A stretch of 64,000 nucleotides of DNA from an uncultured virus (IMG/VR IMGVR_UViG_3300034092_002263) (lineage: Duplodnaviria > Heunggongvirae > Uroviricota > Caudoviricetes), in the IMG/VR virus record IMGVR_UViG_3300034092_002263, one strand, 5' to 3'. Shown here piece after piece: positions 11,178 through 23,100 of this stretch; within the stretch, counting starts at the first letter, position 1, and the number at the start of each line of letters is the position of its first letter. The position numbers and the translations under genes were made by a program. The notes beneath the pieces were generated by a model. It made no database searches. It had not been told where the DNA came from and saw nothing but the letters and a program-made list of their open reading frames with translations.

Positions 11178-14100
11178 TTATAGACTTCCTCTTGTCCTAA
11201 GTTGTAGTATCGTGTCCGTTTTGGCTATACCACTACTATATAATTCCATTACTCCAGATGGAGAAGCTAAACCACTAGCTATTAGTGGCATATTGCCAGA
11301 AGATTGTAATAAATTGAATGTATACAAATCCATCATATTATACACATTATTGCTTTCTGGACCATAATTCACTAGTGATAAAGAGCCAGAAACAAATGGT
11401 GGAGCGCCATCTACAAATAGATTTATATCTTCATATACAGGCGTTCCATGTAAAAATGACCCACGAATATGTTCAATATAAGGTCTATGTACAACATAGC
11501 CGCGAGGAACTTTATCTTGTCCAGACGCCTCTATAAATATTTCTCCATTAATATTTGATAATACAATTCCATTAAATAATACCTTTTGATCAAAATTATT
11601 GTCATTCTTAAATGTAAATGTTGTATAATCACTTGGTTTTTGATATTCTCCATAAACTCTACCAGCAATAAATGTGTCTGGATGAGAGAATGCTGGCCTG
11701 AGACTTCTTAACATTCCGTCGAAAGCATATGTTGAACCAATATTATCAAATACATTTCCACTAGTTGAGAATGGATGGTTCATAGCCCCAACTGCTAGTA
11801 TATAGTCTCCATCGACTCTTCTAGCTCTATCTATTGCTATAGCGTTTCCAAAGAATGTATTTTCTCCAGAGTTTTGAATTCTAGCATATGGACCTTGTGC
11901 CACAAGTTTGTGTATGGGAGTCCACTCTTGAGTTTTAGAACCCCAATTATTAATTTTGTTTTCATATGTAAATACAGCGCCGTGATTAAACACTACAGTT
12001 CCACTAGCCCCATATTGTTCTCTTTCAGAGGGGATTGCTAGATCATGTATTATTCGTTGTTGAATATCAAATTGCTCATTAAATTCTTTTCTTATGAACG
12101 GCGCTAGCGTGTCTTCTGAATAGTTTTCAAACCTATGGCAAGGAGCAGATATAGCTAATATATCTCCATTTAGAGCTATGTCATATCCAAACATATCTGA
12201 TACGAACGCTAGATTCTTTAATTCATCATTAGAATAATTATTGTTACCAATAACTGTAGAAGAGTTGGATGTTGTTAATCCGCTAAAACCAACACTTATT
12301 TCTTCTGGTCTAAACTTTCTTGTTACCGTCCAAGGTATTCCAGTTGTTTTTTGCTTAGACAGATTTACAGAACCAAGACCACTTCCAACATTTCCAACCT
12401 TTTCAATTAAATACACTGCGCCAGCACCGCCGTTGAATCCTACTTCTTTGCCATACTGCATACCGCTAGCAATAATAGTAGACCAAGGAGTAATTTCTTC
12501 TGTATTGTATGGTGAGAATGGAGCGCCAACATATACTTTGTCTTTATGTATCTTTACAGAATATCCAAATAAATCTCCGGGATATCCAGAATAAAATACA
12601 TCTAAGTCTAAATGATCTTTTCCGATAGCTCTTAGTATTGGTGGAATTCTACTATAAATTCCAGCATCTCTATAGAGAGTTCCATTATATGTATCTTGTA
12701 TTTTAGATGTAGATCCGTAGTGTTGTTCAACTGCATTAAAATTATCTATATACCAAGCTTGTCTTAGTGCTGCTTTGTATTCTTCACTGTATGCTGGAGG
12801 TGGTATTATTTCAATTCTAAAATGTCCGATATCACTATTAAATAGGGACAACATTGGATCAGTTGGTTGTGGCGGTTTTTTACCAGCTATTTCTATCTTA
12901 CCTTCTAAATCGCTATATTTTGTAGCTGGTAAACTATTACTTGTAAATTGACCAAAGCGATAATTTAATCCACTGTTTTCTGGATAAGCATTAACTAATC
13001 TACTTGGACTTGATCTTTCTGGTGATATAATCTTAAATGCTGTTTCATATTGTCTTCCAGATCTTGTTGTATTAAAATTAGTATTTGGATATAGACTTGC
13101 TAGGAACCAAGCTAGATTTGGATTAATAGTATTTCCACCTTCGGACAGAATTGTTCTACCTTGTATTAAACTGGGATCACTTATAACTGTAATTCTAGAT
13201 TTATTATATCCATTGAAATATCCACCTTGATGATAAACTGTCTGCGCCATAACTACTGGGCCGTCAGCAATATCAACACCCGGTGTGCCATATCCTTCTG
13301 GAGGATCATTTGAACATATACGATTATTTGATATGCAATATTTAGAGCTATCTGTACTAATTTCTCTATTAAATAATTGTGTATACGAAGTATCTGGTGT
13401 GCCGGGAATGGTAACTACTTCTGTTTCATAAATAGGCCACCTAGCTGTAGAAATAATAGTATTTGATGGTATTCTAACACCAGAAACGCTCAACAGTCTA
13501 ACAGTTCGTAATTGTTTTGGATTTTGTTGTAATGGATAGCTAGCAGAATGCGTAAAATACATATCTAGTGTTTCTTGACCAGATGGAATTTGTACATATA
13601 GGTCAAGACTATCGTATAATTCTTTTGTATATCCGGCAGACACATAAGTTTGTTTAACGTTATTATTTTCATCAGTATCAACTAAAAGTATATTTCTTCC
13701 TACTGGTCCAATTGGTTGATTAAGAACCGACGTATTTACAAACTCTGAAGCCAAACAATTTCCAACAACTAAGTTAATTGGAGAAATTTCTAAAGAACTT
13801 TCTTTCAAAATATTGAATCTTAACTTGAATAAGTTATAGTCATCATGCTCTTCAAGTTTTTCTGGAACTGTAAACGATACTTTAGTTATGCCAGTATTAA
13901 ATTTTGGAACTCCGATAGAAAATTGTTCTGTATCTGTAACTGGAGCGTCAAAAAAAGCTAAATTAATAGCATTGTTATTATTAATAGGAACAAATTCATG
14001 TGTAAATCCGTTTGGTACTGGGTACGGTGGACGATCTGAATATGGAACTGTAACAGCGCCATCTCCATATCCGACATAAGAATTACTACTTGCAAAAGAA

Positions 14101-17100
14101 GAATTTTCGTCTAGCCCATCATATAAATATGTGTTTGCGGCAATTGATAATGAAGATGTTAACTGGCCGATGTTATCAGTTCGAATATCAGATCTATCGG
14201 CATATTTATTTTTTCCTTCTAAGAATAGCGGACTCATTGATAGTCCTAATTGTTCGCAAATATACTTTGCCACATTTGCAGATCTAACATTATAAGCAGA
14301 TATTGTAGATGTCATAGAGCTAGAATCTAAATTATATGTATATGTTGTATTATTACTTATTTCATCTCCTAATGATGGCTCTTGACCATAAGTAATTATC
14401 AATGTTTTATTTCCCATATCTAAGAATCGTTTAATATTCTGTATATCTTCACTTGATGGCATATTGTCAGTATTAGCAATCCAAGCTGCTGTATAACCTT
14501 TAGAAATATCATATAGATCTTGTGTTAAAACATTTAAGTCGCCCATATCAATACCAACATTAGTCAATTGTGCCTGTATATCAGATTTATTATATCCATC
14601 AGTATATGAAGTTCTATTTGTAAATCCGCCAACTTGTGCAACTTTTGCATTACCGTCAGCATCAGTTGCTAATAAGTTAAAGTATAGATTAATATTTCTA
14701 TCGCCCGCAGAGGATAATAAAATATTTCTACTTTCATACATAGTAGCAGCAATTAAAACTATTTTTGAAGTTGTACTATATTGTTCTGAAGCAATCATGC
14801 AAACATTGGGTTTGATATTAATCAATTTAGTTGCAGATTGATTAGAGATCGTAGATCTAGCTTGTAGTACAGCATCGTTTCCATTATATTCACTTGGATC
14901 AAAAAACAAACTATTACTTACAGTATTATTAATATTGTAGTTTAATTCTGTATAATTACTGTCATCGTTTGACCAAATAAATGCAACGCCACTATATGCA
15001 GCATTTCCAAACGTTGTTCTTACAGATGTAGAAGAATCATAACCAACTAATTTGGATCTTAATTCTTCAGTAGGTGGAGAGCCGGGAACAATTATTGTTT
15101 TAGGTATTGCTTCATATGCTGACAAGATCGGTACTGGCTCACTCTTTGTGTTGAAATTGGGATTTTTACCTCTTTCTTCTCCTTCGCAGCCCCAATCAAC
15201 AATATTGTGTGTGCCATATTGAAAACCAAAATTTCTTTCATAACTTATCCATGCTGGACCTCTGGGAGTCATTATCTCACATTGATCTATATATTTGGAT
15301 CTTAAATCTCCCTCATGAACAATGGGCATTTCGCACTTATCATGAAGTTCTCTATATGTTCTTTTTCTTTCAAAGTCAAAACTGAATGGATCAGAAGAAC
15401 CACTTGGTGGTTTATCGCATATATATAAATCTGATATGTTTGTATCATATAATCTAATGTCTCCAACACCAGAACCTCTTAATGGAACTGGATAAGCTAT
15501 GGCGGGAGTAGATTTAGCCGGTACAAAAGAGTTTTGAACATTGTAAAATGTATTTGTGTTTTGCATTAATGCTTCATATTGATTTCTAGCAGCATAAATG
15601 CGCATATTGACATCTAGTTCTTCTAATATATAGTTAATAATGTTGTTTGAGTTAAAGTAAGCGCCATTGGCTTCCCACTTGGGATCATTTCCAACCAAGA
15701 CCAAGTGCCTATCGCCTAAAGATAACCAATCTCTAATATTGTCAATTATCTCATCGCTAGCAGCATTAATGGCTGGAGTAATTATAAAGGCGAGTCCAAC
15801 ATCTTCTGGTATTTTTAAACCTTCAGCAAAACTTGTTCTAGAAAATGTATAACCCATACTGTTGTATAGATTATTCATAGTAAAACTAAATAATCCAGAA
15901 TCCTGCGGTGGACTTAATAGTTCGTGTAGATTTCCAAACTTGTAATACTCTACAACCTTTTTATTGTGTGGATAATAATTTCTACTTTCTAACAGCCTTA
16001 TAGCTCCAGCGTTGGTATAATTTTGCCACTGCCAAGGCTCTCCACCAAATGCAGTTTCTTGTCCAGATTTTATGTCATATCTAAACCACGTTTGTGTGTA
16101 GTCTCTTTCGCCCAAACTGTCTGTTGGAGAACCGATAGCAATTAAAGATCCGTCTGAATTTATATCAACACTGTATCCTAATCTTGGTGTTGGTATATAA
16201 TTCGCCCAAAGGTCTGACCAAGCATCAAAACCAATAGGAACGCCCATTTCATAAATTAAGTTGTACCTTTTAATTTGTAGGTTTTCTAAAAACTTGAAGT
16301 AAGCAAAGCGTAAACCTTCTGAAAACTTATTATATGTTTCTAAATTAAGATTTGCTATAGATTCTGTTATTGGTAATTTTTCTAAATATTCACTATATAG
16401 ATCATAACTTTCACCAAATGTAGCATTATTAATTTCTTCATAGTATCTAGGTTGTAAGAAAGATGTGATAAAATATAAGCTGTTTAATAGCTGATTATTG
16501 AAGTTTTCGTTATATTCAAATACCTGCACTGAATGTGGAGAATATGGAGATCCTATAGCAATAACTTTGCCATCATCACTTATTGCAACATCGTGTCCAA
16601 ATCTATCAGAAGTATCATTTGTATAAGAAACTGGGGATTTGATTTCTTGAACAACTTTAAACTGTCCATTATTTTCTCTTTCAAAAATATAAACAGATCC
16701 ACCGCTTGGTGGTGGGTAATTAAATTCACCAGCATTTTCATTGAAGCTACCAAGATTGTTTGCTATTAATTTTTGTACATTGTTTTCTTGTAGTGTTTCA
16801 ATATCAGTTAAATCTAATAAGCAGTTAATAGATTGTGCTATCCAATTTTCATCAACGTCAACCGTTACGTTAACAAATCCTTCGGCTGGATCTCCATCAA
16901 AATCCATTAATCCGTTATTCTTAGAGTAGTCTTTATAGTAATCTATGAATTTATCTAGCGCTCCCTTTCTAAAAGGAATATTGTATCCTAAAGATTTAGA
17001 GCCAAGTGATCTAGAATTATCTATATAGATTCCTAATAGTGGCGGTATGCCGCTATGTATAGCGCCAGATGTTAGCGGAAATACTTCATGAAAAATATCT

Positions 17101-20100
17101 TTTAGTTCTTGAAGTATGACATCTTCTCGCTCTTGATATTCTGGAGTATTTACATTATAACTGAAATGTCTATGAGTAAGATACTTACTTACAAATGGCG
17201 GTTTTGGCTCTAAGAAATCTTTAGAAGTTTCACCAATACCAATATTTGAACCAAGCATTGGTTCGCAAAGTATTACTTTAATATCAAACTTAACTGATGG
17301 GTCACAGAAATATCTATATACTAAATCTCTGTCTGATAGTTGATCTAAAATTTGTCTCCAATTAGCATTATCTGGATCACTAACTAATTCGTTATTAAAT
17401 ACAAATAATCCTATAGTTACTGGAGTAGTTTGTATGGGAGCAAAAGTTCTACTCCACTCAGCGCCGGGTCCACCGGCAATTAAAACATCTGTATTGTTTC
17501 TACGGGCAGAATCTAATGAGTATCCTAATTGCCTTCCTTCTTGACCAACTATCCAATTAGTTCCTATACCTGTGTATGGCAACAAGTTACCATATCTATC
17601 TCTAAAAGAGATATTCCTCTTATAAAAATAATCTCTTCTCCAACCAGTTGGTAAAACAATTTCTTGTTCTAACACAAAGTTAGATTTATCTAATTGATTG
17701 CTCCAATCATAACCACTTGGCTCTGGATTTTTTCTATAGACATAAATTTTTCCTGCATTATTAATTTCGTAATTTGTTTCATCGAAAATATTTTCATATG
17801 GACAACCAATCATAACCCTATCATCAAGAACTGTGACACTTTTACCAAATTTATTTCCAGAAGAGTTCACACTTGGTGTTAATTGTATTCCACTATATGC
17901 AACATCTTCATTTGTTCCATATTCCCATTCTGTCATTTCTCTTGGAACTTGTAGTATTTTATCTGTTCCCGTTTTGCCGGTAATAGTAATTGTGTATGGC
18001 GCTTGTGGTATTAAATTACTGAATTTTCTAATTCCATAAAAATGACCGCTATATGGAATATTAGTACCAAAGGCACCAACATCTGGATTTGTGTAAACAG
18101 TTATTGGTCTAATGACTCCACCGTTAACACATTCTGGATCATACCACAGTGTGTCATGTGTTATAAGTTGATCTTCTTGACACTTAATAGTGCTGATTGT
18201 ATCACAATTACCATAGCATATGGTTTGTACTCCTCTAATTTCATCAATCGCAGGAACTGACGCAAATTGATTATCTAATAATGAAATTTCTTTACCAAAA
18301 TTTGTGCCATCCCACTTAAATGATTCTAGTTCATTATCTCTTTTGGAAATTGGTTTTACGTGATATAGATAGAGAGGAAATTGAGAATTAATATTTTCTT
18401 CTTTTGGTCTACTGTTGATATATAAAGCAATATTTGCACTTGTTGGTTCCCAAGTTCTGTTTGGACCAAGTACATATAAACCAATAGATTCTTCTGTTGA
18501 AATATCAAAAGCAGAAAGCGGAAAACCAGCTAACAACATAAAATTAAGTTGATCAACCGCTGGCTGATTTACATCATCATATGAAAAGAGATTTAATGAG
18601 TTGCTTATAGTATTTTCTACTAAGCCGTTAACATAACAAATAATAGAATCTTCTTCATTGTCATATCCACCTTCTACAAAAAGGCTCATGCCTAGTGGAT
18701 TATTATTTCCAAATAAACTTCCAAAATTTGAATTCGATGTTGATGCATTGCCAACTTGAATGGTATATAACGGCATTGATACATTACTGTTAAATACTCC
18801 AGAACTAATTAATGACATTATACCAGATTGTTCAATATATGTTACGCCGCTGGTGTAGATATTAATTTGGTTATTGAAAGCGCTAACATATCCCACTTCA
18901 TATAATGGTAATGGAGCTTCTTGATAAGCTTTACCAGATTCATAAATTGGTAAATTGTTATTTATTTCATCAGATTGGTTAATTCCATTTAGTTCTATAT
19001 CTACTGAGTGTAATTTAATTTGTGATTTGTTATATGTGCCAGATGGATAGATAACATCGTATTGCACAAACATTTGATTTATGTCTTTAACAAAATAATT
19101 TTCTTCAAATTCTTTGTATGTAATAGTTTTATCGAAAAATGCCCAAGGTTCAGATTCATTATCCTTTAAATCTCCCAATTTAAACTTACTTTCTATCTTA
19201 TTCCAGCAATCTTTTGGATTGAGATAATGAGTAGATCTGCTAATCAAACCAAAGTTTTTGGTTGGAAATAATACACTTTCTTTAGATGGAGTATATAAAC
19301 TAACTATAAGTTTAGCACCAGTTTTGCCATTGGGCCAATTAATAGTAGAATCACATTCATGTTGTACAACGCTGTTAACAATTAAAGAATCTTCAGCAAC
19401 TATATAACTTCTTGGTAAGTTTTTAACCAATCTTGGAGGTAAAGAATAAAGCCTGTCTTCATTACCAGAAAGACTAAATCTTAACATATCATTTTCTACT
19501 TGAGAATGATATGAAATACCAGATAAATGTATTGAGTTTGGTAATGTTAGATTGGTTCTGTCTTGATAAGTCTTTCCATCATTATAAAAATTATGATATA
19601 GATAGTCTTTTCCATTTCTAAATTTCATAATGTCATACGCAACACCAAAACTACAATATTTAAAAGCTCCTAATTTCCAATCTTCTGTTTTTTCATCAAT
19701 AAATTGCCATAGTTTATTTCTATCATTTACGTGTGAGTCATTTACATTGCAAAAATGTGCTAAGTGGGTGTCGAAAAATAATTCAATATTGTCTTGCTGT
19801 TTAGAAGAATCTGGATTTGCATTATAGACTAGATTACCACCACCAGTATCATTATGAGTTGATATACCAATTTCAGAAATAAAAGCATTGATGCCTATTC
19901 CAGATCCAGAAGAATATCCAAATAACAAATCACTATTACCACTACTTAATACAAACTCATTTGATTCATCACGTAGTATGTTTGTGCCACTGGCAATTGC
20001 GGCAATTTCACTATTAGTAAATAGTCTTAATTTACGAGATTGATTATCATTATAAGTTAACGCAATAGAAAGTGGATATTGATAATTTTCATATGATATA

Positions 20101-23100
20101 GAATCTTGAAGTTCAATCAAGTTACCATTAGAATCTTTGGCATATGCTGAAAGATATCCATCTTTATATCCTAAAGCATATTCTAGTTCTTCTGCTTCGT
20201 CCCATTTAGAAAACAATACTCCAGAATTCCACAAGTTATAATCTACACCGCTCATGTTATAATCTGGAGAAAATCTTAAAAATACAGCAAAACCACTAGA
20301 TGTTGGAACATTACCAAAATTCAAATAACCATTAACACCAGAAATGCGAACAGCGGAGTCAAACGAATCAAGTATTTTTCCATATAATTCGTGACTATTA
20401 TCGGCCCAATCTAAACTGGTATAATCTCTTATAGCGATGGGAAATAATGATTCATTATTAAATCTTAAACCAAGATTTCTAACTAAACTAGAAGATAGAT
20501 TTGCAGTAAACAAACCGCTTACAGTACTGGGAGCATCTTCCAAACTAGATAAAACATAATTATTGTGCGTATTGTTGAAATCATAATACCCAATAGTAAA
20601 TGGTTGATCAAGTTGTGGATTACTAAAAGCAAAATCAAATGGAACAGGATCAAATGGGCCACCAAAAACATTACCGCTGCAACCGCGCCATCTTCTAGCA
20701 TAATTTGTTTTTAGCGTCGTTTCAGAAGTTGAATATGCGTGTGGAATATTTTCTATTAGAGATAGCGGTGAATTTAAAATGTTGTATGGTGTGTCCACAG
20801 ATTTTCTGGCTGATGGATAAAGTCTATTTTGTCTTCTGGCTATTTCCCTACTAAGAAAACCGGCGGTTGATAGTGGAAGAGCGCCACCGGGTTTATACTT
20901 GACAATGAGATTTGCGCTAGCAATCGAAGCGCCACTAGGAATTGGATATATATCTAGATATAAAGATTCAAAATAACTACTCATAGAGTAGTCTTTAGAC
21001 ATGCCCAATTCTACTTTGTCTTTGTATATCTTTAGTGGTACAGTGTACTTAGTAAATGAAGTGCTATTGACTAGTGGAGATTGAGTAATTAAATAGTGAT
21101 CTCCAGAATCGTTGGGAACAATATTTTTTGAGAAATATGATCGTTTATCAGATAGAGATTCTGAAGAAATTCCAAGATCATAAACGGGACCAAAACCAGA
21201 TGTAGTTGGAATAGTTCCGCTACCAGTAATTGAATTTTGTAGAAATCCACCAACATCAGAAGTAATGAATAAAACTTTATCATCACTATAACCAACAACG
21301 TCTATTGGAAAGTCATTTGTTCCGATAGCTTTTTTAGCAACAATTTCTAAGCTAATATCTTCAATAATAAAGAAAGAATCATCTCCATAAACCAATTCTA
21401 TATCAGCTTTTTTAAATGGATTTGTATATGTGTTACCAAACGAAAAGTCACCACCCCTTGGAAGTTTTACAGAAAACGGTCTTTGATGCTCATATAATAA
21501 CTGAAGTTTGCCAGATGGTGCCGTGTGAGAAACTATATTTCCATCAGTATATAGATTAGTAAGTCTATCTATAAGTTCTAATTGATGTTTATCATCATTA
21601 ATAGTATTATTGTATGTAAGATTGTCAAGATCTGGAGAGGTTTCCCAAACATTATTTAGTCCCGTTGGATAAATATTATTATCGAATGTGTTTAGTAAAA
21701 CCTTGGTTGGATATATAACTCTTTCTATCCAAGTTCCAGTGCTTTGAACACCTAAGAAGAATGGAAGTTCAGAATCTCTCAATATACCTTCCGCTCTACC
21801 TAGATTAGCAATTTCTATTGCTGAAATTCTAATAGCGTTAGTAGGTCTAATATGATAATCTTGAGATTGTGCAGATAATGGAGCGCCATCCACAGCAAGA
21901 TAATCGTTTTCAGAAGTATTAACAAATTGATCATTCAAATTGGCTTCAAAGGCAAAACCCTTGGCAAATTCTTCTGTAAACGGTTTGTAAAAACAGTCTC
22001 CAGTAATGTCGAAACTTAACGTATACCCACTTGGTTCTCCAAGAATAGGATATTTTAATTTCCAAGTATTTAATGTTGCATAATTTATCTCTGGCTCGCT
22101 AACATATGTAATATAATTAAATTGGTCTTTGTCTTCAAAGTTTGCCTCGCCACGAACTTGAAAATCTTTGTATTTAACAATCAAATTGCCAGAAGGATCT
22201 TCAAACTTAATATTTGTTATGTCGTATAATGTTGGCTGATCTGTTTCATAATTAAATGTTGGCGCGGCGGCGCGGAAAAAAAAGAAACTTTCTAATGGAG
22301 TAATTTCTGGAGTATTAACAAAACACTTATACTTGAATGTGCCTTTAGTGTAAATAGATGATGGAGTAATATATGTTGAGTCATCGTCTGAAATAATATT
22401 TCCTATACGAGAATTTTTAGTAATATTACCTACACACACACCCTCATTAATACTTTCAAATAGATTAACCGGCTTAATTTTCTCATTAACAAGAAAAATA
22501 TTATTATGTTCGACTGTAATATCTTGAATAGGAAATAATTTTTGTGTTGGAGTGAAATTATCAAATTGGTTTATTTTGTTAAAATGCCCATGTAATTTTT
22601 CGAAATATTTACTTTTAACAATACCAGAACCAGATATTCTAGTCCTAAAATTATTAATAGGGCGATTAAGACTAGCTTTTAATTCAAATCTTGTAGATAG
22701 TCTAGATAGTTTAAGATTCCAAATACACTGTGGTCCTCTAGAGATAACTAATACAGAATTATTAGAGTCTGGTGGATCATAAACACTACTTGGAATAGCA
22801 TCCCATCCACCACTAATAATGGCTGGACTATTTATGTTGATTAATTGAGTTGGTAGATTTGTGGGAGATCTACGTATTAATAGTTCGGATGATAATACTT
22901 TGATATTTCCAGAAACTTTAATAATTTTTGGAGCAAAGCTTGGAAAATTAGATACAGTATTAGCAAATAGAGAACCAAATGTAGGTGTTGAATTAGTTCC
23001 AGACCCTCTTTTAAATCCAGAATATATTACACTTACATTAAGTTTACTTAGATTGCCAGCACCTCTTGATCTAACAAAAGGTTGTACTGTTTTTTTCAAA

